DNA of 64,000 bases, from NCBI RefSeq assembly GCF_054482525.1, contig NZ_CM137006.1. One strand, written 5' to 3'. The notes under the pieces were generated by a model. That model saw only the letters and a list, made by a program, of their open reading frames with translations, ran no database searches and was not told the DNA's origin. The position numbers were made by a program, and so were the translations under genes. This document shows positions 1-17,702 of the stretch, one piece after another; position 1 is the first letter of the stretch; every line of letters begins with the position of its first letter.

Positions 1-157
1 CTTCACGCCAACGTGTTGCTGCATGTTTTTTAAGTTCAGCATTGAGCGCAACCGTAAGGGTGGCGCTCATATTTAAGCCTGCATCACGAGCGCGATTGAC
101 TAACTCACGGTCGACGGTGACGGTCACACTTTGTGTGGTACGTTTTGCAGTCATGAT
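1..157 (-). CDS. ccdA: CcdA-like antitoxin (ribbon-helix-helix), 5' part only; gene runs off the left edge of the window
   Basis: Minus-strand ATG at 155-157 opens a frame translating MTAKRTTQSVTVTVDRELVNRARDAGLNMSATLTVALNAELKKHAATRWRE..., which resembles F-plasmid CcdA (ITVTVD and RxxRWxxEN motifs). It is not in the ORF track because it is cut by the window edge. A chromosomal ccd locus between folA and apaH is known in non-K-12 E. coli. Confidence 0.55.
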   Translation of the reverse strand, partial: MMTAKRTTQSVTVTVDRELVNRARDAGLNMSATLTVALNAELKKHAATRWRE

Positions 158-239
158 ATCGTGCTCCTGTACAATTTATACGTCTAGTAAACACGGATAT
201 CTGCACGTATCAGTGATGCCGGAATTCTAATATACAAAC

Positions 240-2765
<2,526 letters not shown>

Positions 2766-2773
<8 letters not shown>

Positions 2774-3296
2774 GATGTGCCTCCTGCCATTCCAGCAGAC
2801 GTTGCTTATAGTGACGCGCCTGCCCTTCGAGGGTTTCGTCGTCACAAATAAAGGTGCAGTGCATGGCAAACGGTGGCAGCCAGTTCAGCCCGCAGTAGAT
2901 TGCCGTCGCCTGTAGCGGCTGCGACAGCACATCAAAGCCCGGATGCGCACCAATTTCAAAATGGCTTTCCCCGCCGCCGGTCGTCACCGCCCACAGCAAA
3001 TGTTTGCCATGCAGCGCCGTGCCGCCGTGACCGTAAGCCCAGCCGTGCGAGAAGACTTTATCGATCCAAAGTTTAAGAAGCGGAGGAATGCTGTACCACT
3101 GCATCGGGTGCTGCAAGACGATCAGATCGGCGCGAGACAGCGCCTCCTGCTCGGCGGCAATATCGATATTGAAGTCAGGATAGAGTTGATAAAGAGAGCG
3201 AATTTCGACGCCTTCCAGCGTCCTTGCCTGTTCAAGCATCCGTTTATTCGCATGGGAATGATGCGGATATGGATGCGCATAAATTATAAGAATCAT
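2766..3296 (-). CDS. kefF: flavodoxin-like quinone oxidoreductase, KefC ancillary subunit
   Basis: 176-aa ORF starting [23 protein letters not shown]; overlaps the kefC start by 8 bp, which is the known kefFC arrangement. Confidence 0.92.
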
Positions 3297-3403
3297 AGGT
3301 AGCCCGCGTGATTACGCCTTTGTTTTCCCACAAAGTGTAGTCATATATTCACGCAGCTTATAGTCAATAATATTGATTCAGAAAAGAGAGAAATCTGAAC
3401 AAA

Positions 3404-4735
3404 TTACTCCATTCTCTGCCCGCGGATCGTCATATTGCTGGTCTGCGCCAGTGACATCCCTCGAGTCTCCGGGGCAAACGCTACGGAAATCAACAAGCCA
3501 AACAGCGAGATACCCGCCCCCATTAACATCGTGTTACTGATACCGTAATTATTGATAAAGATCGGCAGTGCCCAGGTCGAAACAATGGTGCCAATACGAC
3601 TTAAGGACATAATCACGCCCACGGCAGAGGCGCGGATATCCGTCGGGAAGAGTTCATTAGGATAGAGCCACTGCAAATTACCCGGCCCGCCAGAGAAAAA
3701 GGCATATACCGCAAAGGCCATCACTACCAGCCAGATCCCCATATCCGGGATCAGCCCCAAAACTGCCAGCGCCAGCGTCATCATGGCAAAGCTGCCAATC
3801 AACAATGGACGCCGTCCGGCAGTGTTTAACCACAGCATCGGTGGAATACAGCCGAGCATAAAGAACAGGCTAATCACCACGTTCCCCAGTGCCGCGTTTT
3901 TGCCAACACCCAATCCCAACAAACCAACGATTTGCGGGCCAAAGGTGTAGATGGCGAACATCGGGATCACCTGGCAGGTCCAGATGGCGGCAACAAACAG
4001 AACAAAAGGAAAATGGCGGCGATTAAACAGATCGCGAAAACGGGTTTGCTGCGGCTGCTCTTCATCGAAAGCCACCGGTTCGCCAAACAGTTTGATCATC
4101 ATCTCTTCGCACTCTTTTACTCGCCCTTTGCGTAACAACCAGCGGGGAGATTCAGGCAGTTCGAATCGACCAATCAAAATCAACAAACAGGGGATCGCTG
4201 CGCTACCCAGCATCCAGCGCCAACCACCTTCCACATCATAAAGCCAGTAACCGACCAGATCGGCGCAGGTCGCGCCGACATACCACATCGCGGCAATAAA
4301 GCTGATGGAAAACGCCCGCTGACGGGTACTGGAGAACTCAGTGATCATCGAAGTGGCGATGGGATAATCTGCACCGATGACAATGCCGATGAGTACCCGC
4401 ATCACTAACAGTTCGACGGGGGATGAGACAAACATCGTCGCCACCGATATCACGCCGATGGCGATGATATCGATGAGGAACATTTTGCGCCGTCCGACTT
4501 TATCGGAGATATAGCCAAACAGCGATGTGCCAACGAACAGCCCGGCGAGCGTTCCCGCGCCCAGCAAGCCAATCCAGTCAGCGTCCAGTTTCAGCGCCGG
4601 AGTCAGTTGCTCCAGCGCCACGCCAATCATTACCAGTACATAACCATCCAGAAACGGACCACCGCTTCCCCACAGCAAAATGCGGCGGTGAATAGAAGAG
4701 AATTTAAGATCGTCAAAGTTTCTGGACGGTTGCAT
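3404..4735 (-). CDS. yaaU: MFS-family transporter
   Basis: 443-aa ORF with multiple hydrophobic helices and sugar-transporter-like motifs; position between kefF and fixX matches yaaU. Confidence 0.88.
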   Translation of the reverse strand: MQPSRNFDDLKFSSIHRRILLWGSGGPFLDGYVLVMIGVALEQLTPALKLDADWIGLLGAGTLAGLFVGTSLFGYISDKVGRRKMFLIDIIAIGVISVATMFVSSPVELLVMRVLIGIVIGADYPIATSMITEFSSTRQRAFSISFIAAMWYVGATCADLVGYWLYDVEGGWRWMLGSAAIPCLLILIGRFELPESPRWLLRKGRVKECEEMMIKLFGEPVAFDEEQPQQTRFRDLFNRRHFPFVLFVAAIWTCQVIPMFAIYTFGPQIVGLLGLGVGKNAALGNVVISLFFMLGCIPPMLWLNTAGRRPLLIGSFAMMTLALAVLGLIPDMGIWLVVMAFAVYAFFSGGPGNLQWLYPNELFPTDIRASAVGVIMSLSRIGTIVSTWALPIFINNYGISNTMLMGAGISLFGLLISVAFAPETRGMSLAQTSNMTIRGQRME

Positions 4736-4793
4736 GGGTTATTCCTGTTTTTTTGCAATGAGAGTCAGTACGGCGTTACGTATCAAACCAACA

Positions 4794-5081
4794 TCAGCCG
4801 TAACGGAACTCCACACCAAAGGTGCCGCGCGGGTATTCCCACTGTTCCAGCGCCGCCCCCAGCCCCAGAATGCGACAGGTGCCGCACTCCAGACATCCGG
4901 CGTAATCGAAGCGCACACTGCCGTCATCCTGCTTCTTGTACAGACCTGCGGGGCACGCTTTCACCAGCAGCTCCAGCGCCTGTTTATCGGCATCGGCCTT
5001 CACAACAATGTGCGGATGCTCTTCATCGACATTGAATTTATTGACGCCCAGTTTGACGTCCACATTGACGGGAGAAGTCAT
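4794..5081 (-). CDS. fixX: ferredoxin-like protein FixX
   Basis: 95-aa ORF with Cys cluster (CLECGTCRILG); overlaps the fixC stop by 4 bp. Confidence 0.9.
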   Translation of the reverse strand: MTSPVNVDVKLGVNKFNVDEEHPHIVVKADADKQALELLVKACPAGLYKKQDDGSVRFDYAGCLECGTCRILGLGAALEQWEYPRGTFGVEFRYG

Positions 5082-6364
5082 AAAACGGTCACTCCTTTCA
5101 TGCCATCCTTGATCAGATTGATGAAGCCCACTTTCTTGCCGTGGCGGAGGATTTTCTTGCGCATCAGTTCCGGCGCACTGCCGTCAATGGTGAACAGGTC
5201 ACGCGCCACGCCCACCGCCAGTTCCGGGTAGCCGCTAAACATGCGTGGGTTATCAAGGAACGCCGGTAGTTTCTGGTACATACGCATATCGCGCAGCGGG
5301 CCACTCTCAAGATGCTGACGATATTCCGCCAGTTTTTGCTTACTGAAATCGTCGCTTTTCATCGCTGAAAGCACGGTTTTTGCTGCGGCTTCCCCGGCGG
5401 CAATCGCCAGATCCATACCGCGAATGGTAAAACCGAGGTTCATACACATTCCGGCGGCATCACCGGCAATCAATACGCCGTCACCGACCAGCTCCGGCAG
5501 CATGTTGATACCTGCTTCCGGCACTACGTGAGCGGAATATTCCACCAGCTTGCCGCCCGCGATCAGCGGTGCAACGGCCGGATGTTGTTTGAAATCTTCC
5601 AGCATTTGCGGCACCGATTTTTTCGCGTCATGCAGATGATGCAAACCACAAACCAGCCCCAGCGACAGGGTATTTTCATTGGTATAAAGGAAGCCGCCGC
5701 CCATCAGGCCATCGGTGGGGGAACCCGCAAACAGGCAAGCCGCGCCCTGATTACCCTGCAACTGAAAACGGTCTTCGATTACCGACTTCGGTAACTCGAT
5801 CAGTTCCTTCACGCCAACCGCCACATCCGTCGGTTTGACGCGTTTTGCCATCCCCAACTTTTCGGCAAGGATGGAGTTCACCCCATCAGCAAGGATCACC
5901 GTTTTCGCTTCAATCACATCGCCATCGGCTTCTACACCGACAACTTTGCCATCGCGCTGTACGAGGTTATCGACACGAATCCCGGTAATTAACTGCGCGC
6001 CCGCTTCTTCGGCTTGCTCCATCAACCAGGCATCAAATTTACTGCGCAAAACGGAGTAAGAACGCTGGGATGGCGAGGTTTCGTCACCGTTGCAGTAGTC
6101 CATAGTCATCGCTGACTTTTCCGTCATAAACGCGAGTTTTTCATGGGTGATCAGGCGTTCTACGGGGGCGGATTCGGCGAAACCTGGAATAATGTGTTCC
6201 AGACTGTGGGCATAGAGACGCCCGCCAGTAACGTTCTTGGCACCTGCGGAATTGCCACGCTCGATAACTAACACTTGCGCCCCTTCGCGGGCGAGCACCA
6301 GTGCGGCAACCGAACCGGCAAGCCCAGCACCGACGATGATGGCGTCAAAGATATCTTCGGACAT
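5078..6364 (-). CDS. fixC: FAD-dependent oxidoreductase FixC (ETF-quinone oxidoreductase-like)
   Basis: 428-aa ORF with N-terminal FAD-binding motif (DAIIVGAGLAGSVAAL). Confidence 0.92.
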   Translation of the reverse strand: MSEDIFDAIIVGAGLAGSVAALVLAREGAQVLVIERGNSAGAKNVTGGRLYAHSLEHIIPGFAESAPVERLITHEKLAFMTEKSAMTMDYCNGDETSPSQRSYSVLRSKFDAWLMEQAEEAGAQLITGIRVDNLVQRDGKVVGVEADGDVIEAKTVILADGVNSILAEKLGMAKRVKPTDVAVGVKELIELPKSVIEDRFQLQGNQGAACLFAGSPTDGLMGGGFLYTNENTLSLGLVCGLHHLHDAKKSVPQMLEDFKQHPAVAPLIAGGKLVEYSAHVVPEAGINMLPELVGDGVLIAGDAAGMCMNLGFTIRGMDLAIAAGEAAAKTVLSAMKSDDFSKQKLAEYRQHLESGPLRDMRMYQKLPAFLDNPRMFSGYPELAVGVARDLFTIDGSAPELMRKKILRHGKKVGFINLIKDGMKGVTVL

Positions 6365-6414
6365 AAGAGCTCCCTGTCAGCGGCAGGGCCAAAATGCAGC
6401 CCTGCCAGAGTGGA

Positions 6415-7356
6415 TCAACGCGCTAAAGCTGCGGTCAGTGCCGGAAGGATCTTCACGGCGTCGCCAACAATGCCGTAATCCGCGTACTGGAAGATCGGCG
6501 CATTTTTATCTTTGTTGATGGCGAAAATGGTTTGCGACGCGTTAGCGCCAACCATGTGCTGGATCTGCCCGGAGATCCCCACCGCCAGGTACAGTTCAGG
6601 TTTCAGCATCAGGTTGGAGATACCGACATAGCGTTCGTGCTCCATCCATTTTTCGTTTTCCGCCACCGGACGAGAACAGGCCAACTCCGCACCTATCGCC
6701 TTACAAAGCTGTTCTGCCAGCGCAATGTTATCTTTGCTGCCAATGCCGCGACCGACGCTGACCACCAGACGGGCTTTGTCGAGATCGACGCTGTTGCTCT
6801 GGCGCGCCTGGGTTGCCGTGCGGGTAATCGCCACAGCCGGAGCCTGCCACTCCACGGTGTGCGTTTCGCCAGTGCGTGACGCGTCTGGCTGAGCCGCATC
6901 AAACGTGCCGCTGCTGATGGTCAGTACCGCATACGGCGTGGCAATGCGTTCTTCGCCAATCGCCAGACCGCCGTAAACCATGTGTTTCACTGTCGCTTTA
7001 CCGTCCTGTACGCTGACGGTGCTGGCATCGTTAGACACCGCCGCTTTAAGGCGATAACCCAATTTTGCCGCCAGTAATTTGCCGCGACGGGTGTTTGGCA
7101 GCAGCACCAGACCGTCTGCGCCGTGCTGGCGAATAGTGTCAGCCATGACACCGGCGTAATCTTCGATCATCCGATCGTCCGGTTTGCCGTTTAATTTCCA
7201 GACATGATTAGCGCCGAGCTGGATTGCCCGTGCGCCGTCGGCATCATTGAGGACAAATGTGTTGATTTGATTAGCTAAAGCCTGCGCACCGTTCATCAGT
7301 TCCGGCAGACGAGAAGGGGTATCGCTGAATACCCAGACTTGAGAAAACGTGTTCAT
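6415..7356 (-). CDS. fixB: electron transfer flavoprotein alpha subunit homolog FixB
   Basis: 313-aa ORF, ETF-alpha-like; fix operon context. Confidence 0.92.
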   Translation of the reverse strand: MNTFSQVWVFSDTPSRLPELMNGAQALANQINTFVLNDADGARAIQLGANHVWKLNGKPDDRMIEDYAGVMADTIRQHGADGLVLLPNTRRGKLLAAKLGYRLKAAVSNDASTVSVQDGKATVKHMVYGGLAIGEERIATPYAVLTISSGTFDAAQPDASRTGETHTVEWQAPAVAITRTATQARQSNSVDLDKARLVVSVGRGIGSKDNIALAEQLCKAIGAELACSRPVAENEKWMEHERYVGISNLMLKPELYLAVGISGQIQHMVGANASQTIFAINKDKNAPIFQYADYGIVGDAVKILPALTAALAR

Positions 7357-7370
7357 AGCATCCCCTGTAA

Positions 7371-8141
7371 TTAAATGACTTTGCGAAGATTTTCAGCAAA
7401 TGCGGCGATCTGTTCTTCGCCGTCGCCTTCAATCACGATGCGCTGACGCTCGCGCTGTTTCGGCGCGGCAACCTGTTGTTCTGACCAGGCTGCCTCTGCG
7501 TTAAAACCGATATCCGCCGCCGACCATACCTGGACTGGCTTTTTCGCCGCGCCGAGAATGGCTTTCATCGAAGGAATTTGTGGGGAGTTGATATCAGTGG
7601 AAACAGCAACAACCGCAGGCAGCGGAATGCTTAAGGTTTCTGTTTCATCTTCCAGTTCGCGCTCAACGGTGAGGGTATCTGCCGTCAGGGAGATAATTTT
7701 GCTGACGCCGTTAACTGCCGGAATATTGAGGATTTCGCCTACCAGCAAACCAACCTGCTGGGCATAAAGGTCGGAAGAACCATCGCCACAGAGGATCAAA
7801 TCAAAGCCTGCTTTCTGGGCGGCTGCAGCAAGTACGCTCGCCGTTTGTTGCGGCAGTGCCTGCTCGAACTGGTCATCAATCACCACAATCAGTTCATCCG
7901 GACCGCGCGATAGCACATCTTTACGCCCTTTGGCGTTGGTCAGGGCTTTACCGCCCACACTTAGGGCCGTCACCTGCGCCTCTGCTGCCTGTTGCTTTAG
8001 CTGGCAAGCCGCTTCAATAGCGTTGAGATCATATTGGCTTATTTTGGCATCGGCTTTACTGAAGTCTAACGAACCATCAGCATTATTGACCGCAATATCC
8101 TGTTCATCAGGCACGCACTTATAGCAAGTAATAATCTTCAT
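7371..8141 (-). CDS. fixA: electron transfer flavoprotein beta subunit homolog FixA
   Basis: ORF 7371..8204; conserved start [18 protein letters not shown] at internal Met gives 256 aa. Confidence 0.92.
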
Positions 8142-8224
8142 TGCATCTCCAGAAATCATGAAGGAAACGTCGTTCATATCGGTGGTGTTAATTACAGATA
8201 TCACGCCCTTTAATTTGGAAATAA

Positions 8225-8365
8225 AACTTTAATCACCAATATTGAAAATGTCACACGCAGATAAATCCAACTTTCAATATTGTTAAGTCCCTCACCAATA
8301 TTGAAAACATGGCGTAGCAAAAAGAAATTTTCAATATTGCTTTATGGATCACCAATATTGAAAGT
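8225..8365. promoter_or_regulatory. divergent caiT / fixA control region with five copies of a CAATATTG core in alternating orientation
   Basis: CAATATTG core at 8237, 8275, 8296, 8332 and 8353, embedded in TCACCAATATTGAAA / TTTCAATATTG units, within the 409-bp gap between divergent fixA and caiT. Consistent with known CaiF/CRP-controlled cai-fix promoters. Confidence 0.5.
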
Positions 8366-8610
8366 CAGATGCTATTTTTTTACTCACAATCAAACTCATC
8401 ACATTGATAAACAATGAATATTTACACAAAGACGCCCTGTTTTTACCCGATAAAAAACTGTGACTAACATCACAGAACGCAGCCAATTGAATACCCATTA
8501 TGAGTTAGCCATTAACGCGTCCACGAGGTTAATAATAATTATATTAAATGTTAACAAAAATAAAACAAACGGGAACGCAAAATAAATATTCGTTTTCACA
8601 GTGGAATTAA

Positions 8611-10128
<1,518 letters not shown>

Positions 10129-10158
10129 TTAACCCCCAAAATATCAAGAGGTTGAAAG

Positions 10159-11301
10159 ATGGATTTTAATTTAAATGATGAGCAGGAACTGTTTGTCGCC
10201 GGTATCCGCGAACTGATGGCCAGCGAAAACTGGGAGGCCTATTTTGCCGAGTGCGACCGTGACAGCGTCTACCCGGAACGTTTTGTCAAAGCACTGGCGG
10301 ATATGGGTATCGACAGTCTGCTGATTCCTGAAGAGCACGGTGGTCTTGACGCGGGTTTTGTTACTCTCGCCGCCGTGTGGATGGAGCTGGGACGTCTGGG
10401 GGCACCAACCTATGTGCTGTACCAGTTGCCGGGCGGGTTCAATACCTTCCTGCGCGAAGGCACACAAGAGCAGATCGACAAGATTATGGCTTTCCGCGGC
10501 ACCGGTAAGCAGATGTGGAACTCAGCGATTACCGAACCGGGCGCGGGCTCCGACGTGGGTAGCCTGAAAACGACTTATACCCGTAGAAATGGTAAGATTT
10601 ATCTTAATGGTAGTAAGTGTTTTATTACCAGCAGCGCCTACACCCCGTACATCGTGGTGATGGCGCGCGACGGGGCTTCTCCGGACAAACCTGTCTACAC
10701 CGAATGGTTTGTTGATATGAGCAAACCGGGCATCAAAGTGACCAAACTTGAAAAGCTCGGTCTGCGTATGGATAGCTGCTGTGAAATCACCTTTGACGAC
10801 GTGGAACTGGACGAGAAAGACATGTTCGGTCGGGAAGGTAACGGCTTTAACCGCGTCAAAGAAGAGTTCGACCATGAACGTTTCCTGGTAGCCCTGACCA
10901 ACTACGGTACGGCGATGTGCGCCTTTGAAGATGCGGCGCGCTACGCCAACCAGCGCGTGCAGTTTGGCGAGGCTATTGGTCGTTTCCAGTTGATTCAGGA
11001 AAAATTCGCCCACATGGCGATCAAATTAAACTCCATGAAAAACATGCTGTATGAAGCAGCGTGGAAAGCAGACAACGGCACCATCACCTCTGGCGATGCA
11101 GCGATGTGCAAATACTTCTGCGCCAATGCGGCATTTGAAGTGGTGGATAGCGCAATGCAGGTGCTGGGCGGTGTCGGGATTGCGGGCAACCACCGCATCA
11201 GCCGCTTCTGGCGTGATCTGCGTGTAGACCGCGTCTCCGGGGGATCTGACGAAATGCAGATCCTGACGCTGGGTCGCGCGGTGCTGAAGCAATACCGCTA
11301 A
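10159..11301 (+). CDS. caiA: crotonobetainyl-CoA reductase (acyl-CoA dehydrogenase family)
   Basis: 380-aa ORF with acyl-CoA dehydrogenase architecture. Confidence 0.95.
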
Positions 11302-11310
11302 GTCCGTGCG

Positions 11311-11388
11311 CTGCCTGATGCGACGCTGACGCGTCTTATCAGGCCTACGGTCGGCCGGATAAGGCGTTTACGCCACATCCGGCAGTCA
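11311..11388. repeat. REP/BIME palindromic units in the caiA-caiB intergenic gap
   Basis: Sequences gcctgatgcgacgctgacgcgtcttatcaggcctac and cggccggataaggcgtttacgccacatccggcag are typical enterobacterial REP palindromes. Confidence 0.6.
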
Positions 11389-11400
11389 TGCGCTACATAA

Positions 11401-12636
<1,236 letters not shown>

Positions 12637-12709
12637 ACGCGTGGCGTCAGTCGGCTTGCCTGACTAGCGCCCGCCCAATAACAAACGAACAACAATGGAT
12701 AGAGGTGCA

Positions 12710-14263
12710 ATGGATATCATTGGCGGACAACATCTACGTCAAATGTGGGACGATCTGGCGGACGTTTACGGTCATAAAACGGCGCTGATTTGTGAATCCA
12801 GCGGCGGAGTCGTTAACCGGTACAGTTATCTTGAGTTAAATCAGGAGATTAACCGCACGGCAAACCTGTTTTATACGCTGGGGATTCGCAAAGGCGACAA
12901 GGTTGCTCTACATCTCGACAACTGCCCGGAATTTATCTTTTGCTGGTTCGGGTTGGCAAAAATTGGCGCGATTATGGTGCCGATTAACGCCCGCCTGTTG
13001 CGCGAAGAAAGCACGTGGATCCTGCAAAATAGCCAGGCATGCCTGCTGGTGACCAGTGCGCAATTTTATCCTATGTATCAACAGATTCAGCAGGAAGATG
13101 CCACTCAGTTGCGGCACATTTGCCTGACAGATGTGGCACTTCCCGCTGATGATGGCGTGAGTTCGTTTACTCAACTGAAAAATCAACAACCTGCCACCTT
13201 GTGCTATGCACCGCCGCTATCGACTGACGATACGGCGGAAATTCTCTTCACCTCCGGCACCACCTCCCGACCGAAAGGTGTGGTGATTACCCATTACAAC
13301 CTGCGCTTCGCTGGATATTACTCCGCCTGGCAATGTGCATTGCGTGACGATGATGTCTACCTGACGGTAATGCCTGCGTTTCATATCGATTGCCAGTGTA
13401 CTGCGGCGATGGCGGCGTTTTCTGCCGGGGCCACCTTTGTGCTGGTCGAGAAATACAGCGCCCGCGCCTTCTGGGGACAGGTGCAGAAGTACCGCGCCAC
13501 CATTACCGAATGTATTCCGATGATGATCCGTACGTTGATGGTACAGCCGCCTTCAGCGAACGATCGGCAACACTGCCTGCGGGAAGTGATGTTTTATCTC
13601 AACCTGTCGGAGCAGGAAAAAGACGCGTTTTGTGAACGCTTCAGCGTTCGCTTGCTGACGTCTTATGGGATGACGGAAACCATTGTGGGCATTATCGGCG
13701 ATCGCCCTGGCGATAAACGACGCTGGCCGTCGATTGGTCGGGCGGGCTTTTGCTACGAAGCGGAGATCCGCGACGATCACAATCGCCCGCTCCCGGCAGG
13801 TGAGATCGGTGAAATCTGTATTAAAGGTATACCAGGGAAAACCATCTTCAAAGAGTATTTTCTCAACCCGAAAGCCACTGCGAAAGTGCTGGAAGCCGAT
13901 GGCTGGCTACATACCGGCGATACCGGATACCGCGACGAAGAGGGCTTTTTTTATTTCGTCGATCGCCGCTGCAATATGATCAAACGCGGTGGCGAGAATG
14001 TCTCCTGCGTGGAGCTGGAAAATATTATCGCCGCGCACCCGAAAATTCAGGACATCGTGGTTGTGGGTATTAAAGATTCGATTCGCGATGAAGCCATCAA
14101 AGCATTTGTGGTGCTGAATGAAGGTGAAACATTGAGCGAAGAGGAATTTTTCCGCTTCTGCGAACAAAATATGGCGAAATTTAAAGTGCCCTCTTATCTG
14201 GAGATCAGAAAAGATCTGCCACGTAATTGCTCGGGGAAAATAATTAGAAAGAATCTTAAATAA
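12710..14263 (+). CDS. caiC: carnitine-CoA ligase (AMP-binding enzyme)
   Basis: ORF 12695..14263; AMP-binding motif [11 protein letters not shown]; start set at ATG 12710 (MDIIGGQHL) for a 517-aa product. Confidence 0.9.
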   Translation: MDIIGGQHLRQMWDDLADVYGHKTALICESSGGVVNRYSYLELNQEINRTANLFYTLGIRKGDKVALHLDNCPEFIFCWFGLAKIGAIMVPINARLLREESTWILQNSQACLLVTSAQFYPMYQQIQQEDATQLRHICLTDVALPADDGVSSFTQLKNQQPATLCYAPPLSTDDTAEILFTSGTTSRPKGVVITHYNLRFAGYYSAWQCALRDDDVYLTVMPAFHIDCQCTAAMAAFSAGATFVLVEKYSARAFWGQVQKYRATITECIPMMIRTLMVQPPSANDRQHCLREVMFYLNLSEQEKDAFCERFSVRLLTSYGMTETIVGIIGDRPGDKRRWPSIGRAGFCYEAEIRDDHNRPLPAGEIGEICIKGIPGKTIFKEYFLNPKATAKVLEADGWLHTGDTGYRDEEGFFYFVDRRCNMIKRGGENVSCVELENIIAAHPKIQDIVVVGIKDSIRDEAIKAFVVLNEGETLSEEEFFRFCEQNMAKFKVPSYLEIRKDLPRNCSGKIIRKNLK

Positions 14264-14371
14264 ATGAAACGGTAGGGAACTACCCTGCCAGCTAATAATC
14301 ACGCTCTAAAACAATATGCATTTTTTGCAGAGATGTTGTCGTCCCTGAAAAAGCAAAAATGGAGAAAAGGA

Positions 14372-15157
14372 ATGAGTGAATCATTACATCTGACCCGCAA
14401 TGGATCAATTCTGGAAATTACCCTTGATCGCCCAAAAGCGAATGCTATTGATGCAAAAACCAGCTTTGAAATGGGCGAAGTATTTCTAAATTTCCGTGAC
14501 GATCCGCAATTACGTGTCGCCATTATTACCGGTGCCGGAGAGAAATTCTTTTCCGCAGGCTGGGATTTAAAAGCGGCAGCAGAAGGCGAAGCACCGGATG
14601 CTGACTTTGGCCCGGGTGGTTTTGCGGGATTAACCGAAATTTTCAATCTCGACAAACCGGTTATCGCAGCTGTGAACGGCTACGCCTTTGGCGGCGGCTT
14701 TGAACTGGCACTGGCGGCAGATTTTATTGTTTGTGCCGATAACGCCAGCTTCGCCCTGCCGGAAGCCAAACTGGGCATCGTTCCTGACAGCGGCGGCGTG
14801 CTGCGTCTGCCGAAGATCCTGCCGCCTGCCATCGTCAATGAAATGGTGATGACCGGCAGACGAATGGGCGCAGAAGAGGCGCTGCGCTGGGGGGTAGTCA
14901 ACCGCGTGGTTAGCCAGGCGGAACTGATGGATAACGCCCGCGAACTGGCGCAGCAGCTGGTTAACAGCGCTCCGCTGGCGATTGCGGCGCTGAAAGAGAT
15001 CTACCGCACCACCAGCGAAATGCCGGTAGAAGAAGCGTATCGCTATATTCGCAGCGGCGTGTTGAAACACTATCCGTCGGTTCTGCATTCGGAAGATGCC
15101 ATTGAAGGGCCGCTGGCGTTTGCCGAGAAGCGCGATCCGGTGTGGAAAGGACGTTAA
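14372..15157 (+). CDS. caiD: carnitinyl-CoA dehydratase (enoyl-CoA hydratase/crotonase family)
   Basis: ORF 14333..15157; conserved start [27 protein letters not shown] at ATG 14372. Confidence 0.92.
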   Translation: MSESLHLTRNGSILEITLDRPKANAIDAKTSFEMGEVFLNFRDDPQLRVAIITGAGEKFFSAGWDLKAAAEGEAPDADFGPGGFAGLTEIFNLDKPVIAAVNGYAFGGGFELALAADFIVCADNASFALPEAKLGIVPDSGGVLRLPKILPPAIVNEMVMTGRRMGAEEALRWGVVNRVVSQAELMDNARELAQQLVNSAPLAIAALKEIYRTTSEMPVEEAYRYIRSGVLKHYPSVLHSEDAIEGPLAFAEKRDPVWKGR

Positions 15158-15162
15158 CAACC

Positions 15163-15753
15163 GTGAGCTATTACGCCTTTGAGGGGTTAATTCCGGTGGT
15201 TCACCCGACGGCGTTTGTCCATCCCAGTGCAGTATTGATTGGCGATGTGATTGTGGGAGCCGGTGTCTACATCGGCCCACTCGCCTCACTGCGTGGTGAC
15301 TACGGGCGGTTGATCGTGCAAGCGGGAGCCAATATTCAGGATGGCTGCATTATGCATGGCTACTGCGACACTGACACCATCGTTGGGGAAAACGGCCATA
15401 TCGGGCACGGAGCGATCCTGCATGGTTGTGTGATTGGTCGCGATGCATTGGTCGGGATGAACAGCGTGATTATGGATGGCGCGGTCATTGGCGAAGAGAG
15501 CATTGTTGCCGCCATGAGCTTTGTCAAAGCGGGCTTTCGCGGCGAGAAACGCCAGTTGTTGATGGGTACGCCAGCCCGCGCTGTACGCAGCGTGAGTGAC
15601 GACGAGTTACACTGGAAACGGTTGAATACCAAAGAGTATCAGGATCTTGTCGGGCGCTGTCATGCATCATTACATGAAACGCAGCCACTGAGGCAAATGG
15701 AGGAAAATCGCCCCCGTTTGCAGGGGACGACGGATGTGATGCCGAAACGGTGA
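15163..15753 (+). CDS. caiE: hexapeptide-repeat (gamma-carbonic-anhydrase-like) protein CaiE
   Basis: ORF 15142..15753; likely GTG start at 15163 ([18 protein letters not shown]); left-handed beta-helix repeats. Confidence 0.9.
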   Translation: MSYYAFEGLIPVVHPTAFVHPSAVLIGDVIVGAGVYIGPLASLRGDYGRLIVQAGANIQDGCIMHGYCDTDTIVGENGHIGHGAILHGCVIGRDALVGMNSVIMDGAVIGEESIVAAMSFVKAGFRGEKRQLLMGTPARAVRSVSDDELHWKRLNTKEYQDLVGRCHASLHETQPLRQMEENRPRLQGTTDVMPKR

Positions 15754-15759
15754 TCTTTC

Positions 15760-16581
<822 letters not shown>

Positions 16582-16685
16582 ATCAGCATACTTGTCCTTA
16601 GCCTTCTGCAGTGACAGCTGGTAGTACAGCGTGCTTCTGGCCAGCCCTGCAGCCTTTAACAGGTCAGACTGGCAGTGTCCGCACC

Positions 16686-17216
16686 TCAGGCTCCGGATGA
16701 CTTTCGTTTTTTCTCCAGCTCCTGGCGCTTTTTTTCCAGGAGATGCTCCTGCATGGCTTTCAGATATGCATTTTCTGCGCGAAGATAACGCAGCTCATTC
16801 TTCATCTCTTCCGGCGTCATGTTTGCCTCGTTTTCATGGGTATCATCAGAACGGGTCATGCTTTTCTCCTTCCTGCGCCTGATAAAGGCCTCATTACCAG
16901 ATTTGCGGTAGCCTTTTATCCAGTTTTTAACCGTGTTGTGGCTGGGAATGTTAAACCGGGCAGCTACCCGGGGTAGAGACTCAGAATGCCCGAGAGCATA
17001 AAGAACCACGCAAAGTTTATCTTCAGGAGAATAGCTACGCTTGTGTCTGCAATCCAGTGCCCGAGGACCGTGAAGAAGAAAAAGATTAATCCAGTGTGAG
17101 AGGCTGGTGTGAGAAAGTTGAAAGAGTTTTGCCGTAGAAATGATGCCTGCATGACCAGCCAGGTAGTGATTTACAGCGGCAAGTTTTACTTCAAATGAAT
17201 GTTTCATAAACTGCAC
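16686..17216 (-). CDS. IS3-family transposase OrfA (HTH DNA-binding, leucine-zipper-like C-terminus)
   Basis: 176-aa ORF; helix-turn-helix N-terminal half and coiled-coil KKRQELEKK C-terminus typical of IS3-family OrfA. Confidence 0.8.
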   Translation of the reverse strand: MQFMKHSFEVKLAAVNHYLAGHAGIISTAKLFQLSHTSLSHWINLFLLHGPRALDCRHKRSYSPEDKLCVVLYALGHSESLPRVAARFNIPSHNTVKNWIKGYRKSGNEAFIRRRKEKSMTRSDDTHENEANMTPEEMKNELRYLRAENAYLKAMQEHLLEKKRQELEKKRKSSGA

Positions 17217-17306
17217 CTTCAGATGTCAGATTATGTCCAACATTTGGGGTGCAGTTCACCAGCATCGCATCCGGCGATCAGGTCGCACGGTATCAACGAG
17301 ATAAAA

Positions 17307-17702
17307 TTAACGACGCATACTCTTTGACAACATCATCTGCCACTTCTGCTCGCGGTTAAGTTCCGTGAGCGGAACGGCAGGAATACGCGGCGTCTTTCTT
17401 ACGCCGACTAATTTTTCCCGACTGTTATTGCGCAGGCGCGCGTAAATTTGCTCATCGATATCGACCACTTTAACCAGTCGCTGACACTGGCATCCCCGCC
17501 CTTCCAGCTTATTAGGGATCATCTTAACTTCGCAGCTTATTTCTGTGACTTCCGACAGAATATAAGTCAGGGTATTAACCGCCTTGCTGTGTTCAATATC
17601 GAAATGAATAGAGATCTCTCTTGCTATCACCCACCGATTTTCAGCCATCATCCATTCGGCGATTAACAAGTAGAGTGGTTTTTCAACATATCCTTCACAC
17701 AT
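17307..17702 (-). CDS. caiF: transcriptional activator of the cai and fix operons
   Basis: ORF 17307..17807; conserved 131-aa protein starts at internal Met MCEGYVEKPLYLLIAEWMMAENRWVIAREI. Confidence 0.85.
   Translation of the reverse strand: MCEGYVEKPLYLLIAEWMMAENRWVIAREISIHFDIEHSKAVNTLTYILSEVTEISCEVKMIPNKLEGRGCQCQRLVKVVDIDEQIYARLRNNSREKLVGVRKTPRIPAVPLTELNREQKWQMMLSKSMRR

Noticed and set aside
42-230. 62-aa plus-strand ORF from the ORF track at the left edge
   Set aside because: The opposite strand carries a frame with clear CcdA-like sequence; the plus-strand ORF has no recognisable features and is most likely its shadow.
8225-8365. Possible CRISPR-like array suggested by regularly spaced repeats
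   Set aside because: Repeat units are only ~8-15 bp, alternate in orientation, have irregular spacing and sit in a known divergent promoter region; no cas genes nearby.
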